The notes beneath the pieces were generated by a model that was not told the origin of the DNA, did no database searches, and was given only the letters and a program-made list of their open reading frames with translations. DNA of 46,810 bases from positions 1-46,810 of the IMG/VR virus record IMGVR_UViG_3300032303_000909; one strand, 5' to 3'. The position numbers and the translations under genes were made by a program. Shown here piece after piece: positions 1 to 8,606 of this stretch. Positions within the stretch are counted from its first letter, which is position 1. Each line of letters starts with the position of its first letter. The DNA is from a virus. Its lineage: Duplodnaviria > Caudoviricetes.

Positions 1-6
1 ATTTAT

Positions 7-82
7 TCCCCAGTAGCACAGCGGTAGTTGCACTTGACTGTTAATCAAGGTGTCCGTGGTTCGATCCCACGCTGGGGAGCCA
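7..82 (+). tRNA. tRNA-Asn(GTT)
   Basis: Acceptor TCCCCAG/CTGGGGA, anticodon arm CTTGA-CTGTTAA-TCAAG, GTTCGAT T-loop, encoded CCA. Confidence 0.95.
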
Positions 83-107
83 ACAGTTTTTCAACAAAAG
101 GTAGCAA

Positions 108-338
108 ATGTTACAAGTAACTAAAGCAATGTTTTCACCACAGAACATCGACACAGACCAGTGTGTGGCAAATGTAGGTAATCGATTTGATCTAGTATTA
201 ATCGCATCAGTTCGAGTTCGCGAACTACGTCGCGGTCATACCAAGCAGGTCAAGGGACTTAACAGTCCTACCATTACTGCACTCCAAGAAATTGAAGCAG
301 GACTTATTGGTCGTGAGTACCTTAAGAAGGTGCGTTAA
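108..338 (+). CDS. rpoZ: RNA polymerase omega subunit-like protein
   Basis: NRFDLVLIASVRVRELRRG...TALQEIEAG matches the omega NRF/YxLV...R...AL.EI..G pattern; 76 aa. Confidence 0.85.
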   Translation: MLQVTKAMFSPQNIDTDQCVANVGNRFDLVLIASVRVRELRRGHTKQVKGLNSPTITALQEIEAGLIGREYLKKVR

Positions 339-587
339 ATGAGCAAAGGTAGCAGATCACGCCCATTTAGTGTTAGCCAGGAAAAGTTTGGCAATAACTA
401 TGATGCTATCTTCCGTAAGCCCGATCCACGTGTAGTAGAGGATCAGAAAAACGAAGATGAAGCATTTGAACAAATTGCAAAATACAGTCAAGTAAAAGCA
501 CCGGATACTCCGTTAGGCTGGACTCGACATGCTGACGGTAAGGTAAGTCCTCCCCCGGGAACTATCTTCACTGCTCAAGGTGGTTAA
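339..587 (+). CDS. hypothetical phage protein
   Basis: ORF abutting the rpoZ stop; no recognisable family. Confidence 0.65.
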   Translation: MSKGSRSRPFSVSQEKFGNNYDAIFRKPDPRVVEDQKNEDEAFEQIAKYSQVKAPDTPLGWTRHADGKVSPPPGTIFTAQGG

Positions 588-597
588 ATAGATTTAC

Positions 598-672
598 GCC
601 CTTGTAGCTCACTGGCAGAGCACTCGCCTTGTAAGCGATAGGTAGTTAGTTCGATTCTAACCTGGGGCACCA
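598..672 (+). tRNA. tRNA-Thr(TGT)
   Basis: Cloverleaf; anticodon loop CTTGTAA; GTTCGATT; CCA end; one acceptor mismatch. Confidence 0.92.
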
Positions 673-680
673 AATATAAA

Positions 681-1289
681 ATGAAAAAACTTACAACTAA
701 TCCTTATAGAACTACAGTATTGCCTTATGCTATATTTTGGCCCAATGCGTTTTCTAACAGTGAAGTAGATAAGATTGTAGAGATGCACGATAGTTCGGTT
801 ATTCCGGCAACAGTAGGATTAGGCGGTATAGACATCGATGTTTCCTATAGAAAGAGCCAAACTACTTTTTGTCATCCTAACAGTGAAAATGCCTGGATAT
901 TTGACAAACTATTTCATTTGTTTGAACGTACTAACAATGAATATTTTGATTTTGACCTATTAGGATTTGAATCATTTCAATATACAAAATATGAGCCAGG
1001 CGAATATTACAACTATCACATGGATACATTTATGGGAGATTGCGGATTGGACAAAGATGCAATCCTTAATAGAAAGTTAAGCATGAGTATTCTACTCAAT
1101 GATCCTTTAGAATTTGATGGCGGTGATTTTCAAGTTGCTACGGGTAGCCCAGAAAATCCACATTCCTACAAGATAGAAAAAGGTCATGCAATTTTCTTTC
1201 CGTCTTTTATGTTACACAGGGTAACTCCTATAACAAGGGGTGTAAGAAAATCATTAGTAGTATGGGCCCTAGGACCTAAATTTAAATGA
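681..1289 (+). CDS. 2OG-Fe(II) oxygenase (prolyl 4-hydroxylase/PKHD-like)
   Basis: YNYHMD...RKLSMSILLN...FDGGDF...FPSFMLHRVTP...RKSLVVW (HxD...H...R). Confidence 0.9.
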   Translation: MKKLTTNPYRTTVLPYAIFWPNAFSNSEVDKIVEMHDSSVIPATVGLGGIDIDVSYRKSQTTFCHPNSENAWIFDKLFHLFERTNNEYFDFDLLGFESFQYTKYEPGEYYNYHMDTFMGDCGLDKDAILNRKLSMSILLNDPLEFDGGDFQVATGSPENPHSYKIEKGHAIFFPSFMLHRVTPITRGVRKSLVVWALGPKFK

Positions 1290-1495
1290 ACCCCGTCTTA
1301 CTATTTCTACGTTAACGAAATAGCGTCCCTGTAACGATAGACCAGGGGGTACGCTAGGACCTGACCTCACAGTCCCTCTTTAAGGGATACTGGAAACTGC
1401 CTAGGGTGAGGTATAACGCCTTTCCAGAAGAATAAATGTTGTGGACAGAGTAACAGCTCAGTCTAGGGCCTATGTGGTGTAGGTAGCTAGACAAC
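1290..1495 (+). ncRNA. putative structured non-coding RNA (unassigned)
   Basis: GC-richer intergenic stretch with several helices: CTATTTC/GAAATAG, TAGCGT-CCCTG/CAGGG-ACGCTA, ACCTCAC/GTGAGGT enclosing a TCCCT/AGGGA hairpin, GTCTAG/CTAGAC. Confidence 0.55.
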
Positions 1496-1511
1496 TAATT
1501 TATGGAAAACT

Positions 1512-2138
1512 ATGATTGAAATTGATACCGGTAGTAAGACCGTTTGTAGATTTGATAATGTTTTAGATAATGTTGCCTGTGACCAAATCTACAAATATGC
1601 AACAGAATTTAAACACAACAGAAAAAATGACGGTCGTGGAAATCTTCCGTGGAATGACGGCGATCATTTTTCTTGGTACGAAATTAAAAATAGTTTATTA
1701 AAGAAACAGATTTTAACACATCGAGAAACGGTGTCCTACTTAATTAGAGAAAAATTAAAACTACATGTATATCCAGAATTTACTGATATAGTACTTTGGA
1801 AAACTGGTAAAGAACAACCGAGACATAAAGATAACGGATACACGCCCAATGATGTATTACGCCGTAGGTCGGTAAGTTGTGTTACTTACGTTAACGATAA
1901 TTTCGAAGGCGGAGAAACTTTTATAAAAACAGAAAATGGAAATGACTATATCAGTAAACCCAAAAAAGGCAGTGTAGTATTCTATTTAAGTGACTCTACG
2001 AATGAGCACGGTGTAAATAAAGTATTATCAGGTCTTCGAGTAACTTTGCCAATATGGTTTTGCACTGATCAACAATACTCGGAAGATCTTAAAGATTCAG
2101 AAAAGATTTTAAAATTTTTAAAAGCGGGGTTCGTATAG
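1512..2138 (+). CDS. 2OG-Fe(II) oxygenase
   Basis: PRHKD...VTYVNDNFEGGET...HGVNKV...RVTLPIWF; last codons overlap tRNA-Gly. Confidence 0.88.
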   Translation: MIEIDTGSKTVCRFDNVLDNVACDQIYKYATEFKHNRKNDGRGNLPWNDGDHFSWYEIKNSLLKKQILTHRETVSYLIREKLKLHVYPEFTDIVLWKTGKEQPRHKDNGYTPNDVLRRRSVSCVTYVNDNFEGGETFIKTENGNDYISKPKKGSVVFYLSDSTNEHGVNKVLSGLRVTLPIWFCTDQQYSEDLKDSEKILKFLKAGFV

Positions 2139-2197
2139 TGGTAATACCTGAGCCTTCCAAGCTCATGCGGAGAGTTCGATTCTCTTACCCCGCTCCA
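2124..2197 (+). tRNA. tRNA-Gly(TCC)
   Basis: GCGGGGT/ACCCCGC acceptor, TGAGC-CTTCCAA-GCTCA, U73, CCA. Confidence 0.95.
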
Positions 2198-2205
2198 TAT
2201 TTTTT

Positions 2206-2280
2206 GCCTGGTTAGCTCAGGGGGAGAGCGTTTGCTTTACACGCAAAGGGTCCGCGGTTCGAAACCGTGACCAGGTACCA
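2206..2280 (+). tRNA. tRNA-Val(TAC)
   Basis: TTTGC-TTTACAC-GCAAA anticodon arm, GTTCGAA, CCA. Confidence 0.95.
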
Positions 2281-2286
2281 GTTATT

Positions 2287-2364
2287 CGGAATGTAGCGCA
2301 GTCTGGTTAGCGCATCGCGTTTGGGACGCGAGGGTCGTAGGTTCGAATCCTACTATTCCGACCA
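2287..2364 (+). tRNA. tRNA-Pro(TGG)
   Basis: CGGAATG start, TCGCG-TTTGGGA-CGCGA, GTTCGAAT, CCA. Confidence 0.95.
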
Positions 2365-2368
2365 ATTT

Positions 2369-2444
2369 GGGGGATTAGCTCATTTGGGAGAGCGGCTGCT
2401 TTGCAAGCAGTAGGTGATCAGTTCGATCCTGATATCCTCCACCA
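2369..2444 (+). tRNA. tRNA-Ala(TGC)
   Basis: GGGGGAT/ATCCTCC with G3:U70, anticodon loop TTTGCAA, CCA. Confidence 0.95.
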
Positions 2445-2449
2445 ATTAT

Positions 2450-2525
2450 CGCAGAGAGGGTCTGGTCACCAGCGAGGTCTCATAAGCCTTTGCCATCCTT
2501 GGTTCGAATCCAAGCTCTGCAACCA
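2450..2525 (+). tRNA. tRNA-Met(CAT), initiator-like, atypical D arm
   Basis: C1:A72 mismatch over GCAGAG/CTCTGC, GAGGT-CTCATAA-GCCTT, CTTGG-TTCGAAT-CCAAG, CCA. Confidence 0.85.
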
Positions 2526-2545
2526 TTTTTAATATTGATATTAAC

Positions 2546-3214
2546 ATGAATAATATACCTGCCTTATGCGTTGATGACTTTTATAGTGATCCGGACAGTG
2601 TTCGAGAATTTGCATTAAAACAGGAATACTCCTTTCCATTGGAAGGAAACTATCCAGGAAAGCGAACAAAGCATTTAGATGAACTAGACAGGAATTTTTT
2701 TAATCAGTTTTGTAATAAACTACTTTCGGTATTTTTTGATTTAAATTCTGCATCTATTAATTACGAAATAGAAACAAGTTTTCAATTAATACCGTCTATC
2801 GACCCTAACCCAATGTCTCCAAAAAACATGGGATGGGTTCATTATGATGATGTCGATGTTGTTTTTGCTGGAGTTATTTTCTTAACTCCAAAAATAGATT
2901 TAAATTGCGGAACTTCTATCTTTAAGTTAGTTGACACAGAAAAATTAGACTTATCTAGTGCTAAAAAAGATTTTTATAAAAATGGTATAGATTTGGATTA
3001 TAATAACCGTATTCAAAGACATAGAGATGCGTATGTTGAAACAATTAGATTTAATAATATCTACAATCGATTGATTGCATTTGATTCAAGTTGTGCTCAT
3101 GGTGTAAACAGTTATTATTCAGATTCTGAGCCTAGACTGACGCAGGTCTTTTTTGTAACAAAAATAGACACTCGGACTAAATCTCCTATTTTAAGACAAA
3201 AGCAATATCTTTAA
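2546..3214 (+). CDS. DUF6445-like 2OG-Fe(II) oxygenase-fold protein
   Basis: VDDFYSDPDSVREFAL...YPGKRT...WVHYD...AGVIFLTP...GTS...YNRLIAF...H...RLTQVFF. Confidence 0.75.
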   Translation: MNNIPALCVDDFYSDPDSVREFALKQEYSFPLEGNYPGKRTKHLDELDRNFFNQFCNKLLSVFFDLNSASINYEIETSFQLIPSIDPNPMSPKNMGWVHYDDVDVVFAGVIFLTPKIDLNCGTSIFKLVDTEKLDLSSAKKDFYKNGIDLDYNNRIQRHRDAYVETIRFNNIYNRLIAFDSSCAHGVNSYYSDSEPRLTQVFFVTKIDTRTKSPILRQKQYL

Positions 3215-3215
3215 T

Positions 3216-3289
3216 GCGGGTATGATGTAATGGTAACCTGATTGCTTGCCAAGCAATACATGCGAGTTCGATTCTCGCTACCCGCTCCA
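3216..3289 (+). tRNA. tRNA-Gly(GCC)
   Basis: GCGGGTA/TACCCGC, ATTGC-TTGCCAA-GCAAT, U73, CCA. Confidence 0.95.
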
Positions 3290-3296
3290 AACACGG

Positions 3297-3340
3297 CCCC
3301 ACCCCCTGAAGTTATAAACTCACGGTGGGGTTTTTCTTTT
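3297..3340 (+). terminator. probable intrinsic terminator of the tRNA cluster
   Basis: CCCCACC/GGTGGGG stem followed by TTTTTCTTTT, just after the last tRNA and facing a convergent gene. Confidence 0.6.
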
Positions 3341-3526
3341 AGCGTTATATAATCTATCTTTAATTTCGTTATGGACGATGTAGTCGGTAGTAGCAAGTCG
3401 AGCCAACCATCCAGATAGTAATCCACGCTGATAGATCAACTTTTCTACTTTATCACCTGTGTAACAGAGCTCGAGCAATTCGTCAATCTCTTGTTGAATT
3501 TCTTCTAGGTGAGTTCTTGGTTTCAT
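3320..3526 (-). CDS. hypothetical protein
   Basis: 68-aa ORF with TAAATA motif just upstream on the - strand. Confidence 0.6.
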   Translation of the reverse strand: MKPRTHLEEIQQEIDELLELCYTGDKVEKLIYQRGLLSGWLARLATTDYIVHNEIKDRLYNAKRKTPP

Positions 3527-3542
3527 GCTGTTATTTACTTAC

Positions 3543-3571
3543 TTGACAAAATAGTAAAATAATATTATAAT
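3543..3571 (+). promoter_or_regulatory. sigma70-type promoter
   Basis: TTGACA-N17-TATAAT. Confidence 0.8.
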
Positions 3572-3623
3572 TAAATATAATGTAATTCTTACTATTTGTA
3601 GTTGTCACACTATATGTTAAACA

Positions 3624-3845
3624 ATGGGAGACTCGGTGATGGAAATCTCAAGAGCAGAACAAAGCATTATAAAATATAATCTAGAAAAATATAGATTAGA
3701 GCAGATTCGATTGCAGGACAAACGCGATAATGATTATTTTAAGGTTGTTGAAAAACGTAGATTTGATCAAATTATTGCAGAGCGGGTACGTAGAAACCTT
3801 CGTTTGGATTTAGACAAAGGTCGAAATATCGATGTAGAATGTTAA
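3624..3845 (+). CDS. hypothetical protein
   Basis: ORF downstream of promoter; start may be the second ATG after GGAG. Confidence 0.6.
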   Translation: MGDSVMEISRAEQSIIKYNLEKYRLEQIRLQDKRDNDYFKVVEKRRFDQIIAERVRRNLRLDLDKGRNIDVEC

Positions 3846-4141
3846 AAATTAGGATCAATACTTATTTCAATATCGAGTATTTTTACATCATATTTTTCAG
3901 ACATTTCTAGTACAAATTTTTTCCATTCCTCTGCAGATTCTCGATCTAACCAATTACGTTTAAATACGTTTTTTCTAACAGTTCTTACAAAAGAAAAAGT
4001 TTTTCCCTGTAGCTCTAGTATTTCGGCTTTTGAATGTAATTCTTTGCCAAATTCTATCAAGTTAACTCTTGCAGATGTTCCACGTTCTGGAATGTCAGCA
4101 AATGTAATAAGTGTTTGTATTGGATGGTCGGGGATATTCAT
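3842..4141 (-). CDS. hypothetical protein
   Basis: 99-aa ORF, TAAATA on the - strand at 4161-4166. Confidence 0.6.
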   Translation of the reverse strand: MNIPDHPIQTLITFADIPERGTSARVNLIEFGKELHSKAEILELQGKTFSFVRTVRKNVFKRNWLDRESAEEWKKFVLEMSEKYDVKILDIEISIDPNF

Positions 4142-4185
4142 ATTTTTTTATTTACAACTATATTTACCGTGTAAATATATTTAAC

Positions 4186-4851
4186 ATGACAAACATTCCA
4201 ATACCTAATATATCTCCTATTCGATCCGACGTAGTTCCAATTATGTTCATAGGAGGGACAGGTGGAAATTTTTTAAGTTCGTTATTGTACCATGCTAGAA
4301 AAAATATAAAGTTTGACACCAATAATTTTAGCAGTACCGGTAATGCACATGGGTGCCCAAAAGATGGAATCAGTTTTACCGCTGGCGCAAGATGCAGTCC
4401 TATACTTCACTTAAAATATTTTTTAGAAATACCAATCACAGATGAAGTAAAATATGTACATACGCACTGTCGAGACCCTTTATTTTTTTTAAATTACTTT
4501 GATAAAATCATCAAAACTTGTTATACGCCCGATGATATAAATGAAATTGCAGTAACATTTGCAGTTAAATGGACTACAGATCATGGTACCGGAATACTGG
4601 ATCATATGTCCACAAATGTGGAAATATGCAAATATAATCTCACTAGATATACTTCATTATCTAATCCCTGCGATAACAACCGTGTACTTAATATTAGTTG
4701 GAAAGAATTACTGTACTTCGACACATCAATAGTCATATCTCATCTAAGTGAGTTTACTCAGATTCCTTACGATAACTTTGATTTAAATGCATTTTTGGAA
4801 TGGAGAAAATTAACATTATTAAATCTCGAAACCAATAAACAATATCTATAA
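4186..4851 (+). CDS. P-loop/sulfotransferase-like protein
   Basis: N-terminal IMFIGGTGGNFLSSLL; start moved to ATG 4186 after TAAATA. Confidence 0.45.
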   Translation: MTNIPIPNISPIRSDVVPIMFIGGTGGNFLSSLLYHARKNIKFDTNNFSSTGNAHGCPKDGISFTAGARCSPILHLKYFLEIPITDEVKYVHTHCRDPLFFLNYFDKIIKTCYTPDDINEIAVTFAVKWTTDHGTGILDHMSTNVEICKYNLTRYTSLSNPCDNNRVLNISWKELLYFDTSIVISHLSEFTQIPYDNFDLNAFLEWRKLTLLNLETNKQYL

Positions 4852-6258
4852 TTTCAAAGATTTTTGCACATATTGATTAACGTGGTTTTTCTTTTTTTGT
4901 TGTATTTCATTGGCTAATTGATGAGTCATTACTGTATGTTGTACCTCTTGGATATCTATACCTAATCCGCAGACATCACCTAATGCAAAAGCACCTAATA
5001 CTCGCGGCCTTGGTCTCTTTGCAAAATCATAGGCCGTTTTATAATTCCAATATTTGTTTTCCCAATATATTGGATTATTATCAGGATTTGGGAATTTATA
5101 TCCATACAAACTGTAGTTTACAGTAAAATCACTTTTGTTATTCGGAGAAGGATCGGAGGGATCTAGATACAATCCAGTCCATGTTGAATAAACATCAAAT
5201 TTATTTTGTTCTAACCATGAAACTGTGTCTTGCACATCGTCGGGTGTTTCATGAGGCAACCCAGCAATAAATGATAACGTATATGTTATATCTTTACCCC
5301 ATATGTCTCGTAATTTACATAAAAAATCTTTCCCATGCTTTCCCATAAAACCTTTACCAATAGCCATACTTGCCTTGGGATGAAAAGATTCAATTCCAAA
5401 ATAAGTGCTAACCAATCCACTATCTTTTAATGCAGAACATTGGTCTGGTTTACTCCAGATCAAATCCATGCGATTAAAACCAACCCAGTTTAATTTAAAA
5501 GGTAATTTTTGCACTAGGTTAGCTAATGCAATTATTTTATCAGTGTCTTCATTAACTGTTGAATCAACAAAGTAATAATTGGTAGTGCCAAATTTTTCAT
5601 AGTTATCCATGATCTCTCGGCGCACACATTCCATGTCGCGAATGTATGTACCTTTCTTTTTTCCTATAATAGGTTCTGCACAAAATTTACATTTAAATTG
5701 ACAACCTCTTCCTAATTCCATCGGAAGCCATTCGTAGGGCATAATAAAATCAGTTTCGTGCTGTGTTTTAATATACAAATTAGGTTCAAACGGTGAGAAG
5801 GAAGTTCTATTAAATTTTGTATCTGCATATTGTAAAATCTCATCTTCACAGTATCCTTGAAATTTAATCCAAGGAAACTTAAAAAAAGATTTATGATACG
5901 AACCATTAGGTCCACCTAATACCCAATCTAAATTGGTGTATTTTCTTTCTAGTATTAGTCTAGCATCAATAACCCATTGTGGTTCAGCAATGGTATTGGT
6001 AGTTGCACGTATATCTGCGTCGAACTTTTCTATTCTACTATTAGACCAGAATGTAGAACTAACACCAATTGCTACTGTGGTGTCATCCATGTATTTTTCA
6101 GTAATTGCTACCAATTCTTCAGTTTTTAAATATGCACAATAACTTATAACCTTTACAGAATAACCATTCTGTCTCAAGTGACTGGCAATAACATGGGCTC
6201 CTAGAGTCCTAGGCAATCCGTGGTTTATTACTGTTGTTTCCCATAAAATAATATTCAT
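4846..6258 (-). CDS. B12-binding radical SAM protein
   Basis: ELGRGCQFKCKFC (CxxxCxxC), YFGIESF, FIAGLPHET; N-terminal cobalamin-binding-like region. Confidence 0.88.
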   Translation of the reverse strand: MNIILWETTVINHGLPRTLGAHVIASHLRQNGYSVKVISYCAYLKTEELVAITEKYMDDTTVAIGVSSTFWSNSRIEKFDADIRATTNTIAEPQWVIDARLILERKYTNLDWVLGGPNGSYHKSFFKFPWIKFQGYCEDEILQYADTKFNRTSFSPFEPNLYIKTQHETDFIMPYEWLPMELGRGCQFKCKFCAEPIIGKKKGTYIRDMECVRREIMDNYEKFGTTNYYFVDSTVNEDTDKIIALANLVQKLPFKLNWVGFNRMDLIWSKPDQCSALKDSGLVSTYFGIESFHPKASMAIGKGFMGKHGKDFLCKLRDIWGKDITYTLSFIAGLPHETPDDVQDTVSWLEQNKFDVYSTWTGLYLDPSDPSPNNKSDFTVNYSLYGYKFPNPDNNPIYWENKYWNYKTAYDFAKRPRPRVLGAFALGDVCGLGIDIQEVQHTVMTHQLANEIQQKKKNHVNQYVQKSLKL

Positions 6259-6304
6259 ACAGATTATTTATTGTGGGGTATTAGATGTCGCAATAAATAA
6301 TTGT

Positions 6305-6844
6305 ATGCAGAGACACATAGATTACATTGCAAATCTAATTAAATTGAACACAAACACAGGTCCATTTTTAACTGGCAGCTCGATGACATGGCAGTTGGAA
6401 ATTGATTACCACGGCACTGTTCCGAATTGGTTACCAGATGATTTAGATATTTGTTGTACCAGCGAAGATCAATTTCGAGATGTAAAACAAATCCTTCAGC
6501 CTTTGGCCACAACAACAAAAGAAACTAATTGGTTAGGACACAGTGGAACATATTGGACAATCAACGAGTTTAAATATCAAGCGTTTGTACATCCTGTAAG
6601 TGTGCAAGAGCGCCTAGATATTGTAGATTATACAATAACAGCAATTGCCAGTGATGGTATAAATTGTATCACTGGAAAATATACACAAGCAGATATTGTT
6701 AACCGTATTATTAGATTAAATGAAAACATTTATAATTGGCCAGTTGCAAGTGTCATGGGTCGTTATAAAAAATATTTGAGTAGGGGTTATGTAGATTTAA
6801 ATAATGAAACATTGACAAGACTTAATCAAATATATGAAACCTGA
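6305..6844 (+). CDS. nucleotidyltransferase-like protein (Pol-beta fold, CCA/poly(A) polymerase head-like)
   Basis: LTGSS...DDLDI and DYTITAIA resembling the DFTINAIA motif. Confidence 0.5.
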   Translation: MQRHIDYIANLIKLNTNTGPFLTGSSMTWQLEIDYHGTVPNWLPDDLDICCTSEDQFRDVKQILQPLATTTKETNWLGHSGTYWTINEFKYQAFVHPVSVQERLDIVDYTITAIASDGINCITGKYTQADIVNRIIRLNENIYNWPVASVMGRYKKYLSRGYVDLNNETLTRLNQIYET

Positions 6845-7550
6845 ACCACCTTTCAAAACATATTTGCAACCAGATAATAAAAAGCTCTTTCAAATATTTG
6901 ATAATAAAGAATTAAATATTGATTGGAAAAATGTATCAATACTCGACTATGGATGCAACCAAGGAAATTTTTTAAATTCAGCGGCAAATAATATAGACAA
7001 CAAAAAATATCTAGGGATTGATATTATTTTAATGGCAATAGAAACTGCTAAAGTAAAGCACCCAAACCAAAAATTTATACATTATGATAAATGGCACCAA
7101 TCATGGAACCCTGACGGTAATAAAAAAATTAAAGTTTCAGATGTAATAGATGAAAAATTTGATGTAATTATCTGTTATAGTGTATTCACACACAATACAA
7201 TTGAACAAACCAAAGAAGAATTAAATGATTTAAAAAAATTACTAAACCCCAAAGGTGTAATTCTATTTACTATTTGGCGCTCAGAAATTTTTGAACCTTT
7301 TCACAAATGGATATTAGAAAGATTTGAAAAAGTAGTTCCCATAGATTTTAGTACAGTTAAATACAACAAAATGGCATATTGGGTAGACACAGCATTTGTT
7401 ATTACTGATACATTTAACTATAAATTATCAGAATCAAATTCATTTAATAGTTATTACAACTTAGAATGGTTTAAAGAAGAAATCAAACCAGCAGTTCATT
7501 TGGGAATTCATGAAGGACAACACCAAGATTTATTTTGTTTAAAAAATTAA
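6834..7550 (+). CDS. class I SAM-dependent methyltransferase
   Basis: ILDYGCNQGNF, YLGID, FDVIICYSVFTH, LLNPKG. Confidence 0.9.
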   Translation: MKPEPPFKTYLQPDNKKLFQIFDNKELNIDWKNVSILDYGCNQGNFLNSAANNIDNKKYLGIDIILMAIETAKVKHPNQKFIHYDKWHQSWNPDGNKKIKVSDVIDEKFDVIICYSVFTHNTIEQTKEELNDLKKLLNPKGVILFTIWRSEIFEPFHKWILERFEKVVPIDFSTVKYNKMAYWVDTAFVITDTFNYKLSESNSFNSYYNLEWFKEEIKPAVHLGIHEGQHQDLFCLKN

Positions 7551-7551
7551 T

Positions 7552-8082
7552 ATGAAAAAAGTTATAGTAACCGGACATACAAGTGGATTAGGTTTACAAA
7601 TCTATAATCACTTTAAAAATAAAGAAAATTACAATACAATTGGAATATCTAGATCAAACGGATTTGATATTGAGCACGACATCGAAAAAGTAATTCAGTT
7701 TGTCAAAGACGAACGTCCAGATTATTTTTTTAACAATGTATATTGCCATGCCACACAGAGTACCTTAATTGAAAGATTGTCAGAATTTACAATTGTAATT
7801 ACATCTGGATCAATGGCCGCAGATGCCAGTGAGCCAAGCAGACAGATTAATTCATATTACAATAACAAATATATCATCGAACAAACACATAAACGTGTTA
7901 AAAAGAATAACCAGCTACCGATGTTATTACTTAAAATGGGTTATCTAGAAAATTATCCTGACAAAGAACCTATTATGTATTCAGAGGTACTGAATGGTAT
8001 AGACTTTTGGATAACTAATACCAGAGTTAGCATAATCGAATGGGATAATATAAATTATGATAAAAATTTTAAACGACATTGA
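7552..8082 (+). CDS. short-chain dehydrogenase-like Rossmann protein
   Basis: VIVTGHTSGLG and YxxxK (YYNNK). Confidence 0.7.
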   Translation: MKKVIVTGHTSGLGLQIYNHFKNKENYNTIGISRSNGFDIEHDIEKVIQFVKDERPDYFFNNVYCHATQSTLIERLSEFTIVITSGSMAADASEPSRQINSYYNNKYIIEQTHKRVKKNNQLPMLLLKMGYLENYPDKEPIMYSEVLNGIDFWITNTRVSIIEWDNINYDKNFKRH

Positions 8083-8605
8083 TATCGCCGATGCGTTAAA
8101 TGAGTACTACAGATTAGAACCAAATATTGTTTGGACTAATGATGGACCCAAGGGCAGGCAGGCAGGACTGCAATATAAAGATAATACACTTGGTAATTCT
8201 CAAGAGACAATAAATCCAGATACAAATCAACCATGGACTAAACACGAGTGGACTAGTGCTGTTGGAAGAAACCAAGGCATGGAATTAGCTTATAATAACA
8301 TTAATCCTTTTTTTAAAGATACAATTTTTGAAAAGCTAATTATAGATTATAAAATGACCAGGACTAGATTAATGTGGATTAATCAAATGAGTTGTTATAG
8401 CATACATAGAGATTCTACTCCTAGGGTTCATATTCCCTTGATCACCAATCCCGAATGTTATTTTGTTTTTAAAAATGATGATATGGCCACACTAACACAC
8501 TTAAAAATAGGTCATGTATATTGGGCTGATACAAGAAAAGATCATACGTTTATGAATTGTTCTGAAATGAGTAGGCTACATCTAGTAGGAATTGTAGAAA
8601 GTTAA
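8057..8605 (+). CDS. Asp/Asn beta-hydroxylase-like cupin oxygenase
   Basis: CYSIHRD...RVHIPLITN...HTFMN...RLHLV. Confidence 0.75.
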   Translation: MIKILNDIDIADALNEYYRLEPNIVWTNDGPKGRQAGLQYKDNTLGNSQETINPDTNQPWTKHEWTSAVGRNQGMELAYNNINPFFKDTIFEKLIIDYKMTRTRLMWINQMSCYSIHRDSTPRVHIPLITNPECYFVFKNDDMATLTHLKIGHVYWADTRKDHTFMNCSEMSRLHLVGIVES

Positions 8606-8606
8606 T

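Noticed and set aside
1290-1495. tmRNA, RNase P RNA or self-splicing intron identity
   Set aside because: No GGGG...TTCGA...CCA tRNA-like ends, no RNase P P4 consensus, and both flanking ORFs are complete; left unassigned.
3211-3426. 71-aa minus-strand ORF
   Set aside because: It runs antisense across tRNA-Gly(GCC) and overlaps a better ORF in another frame.
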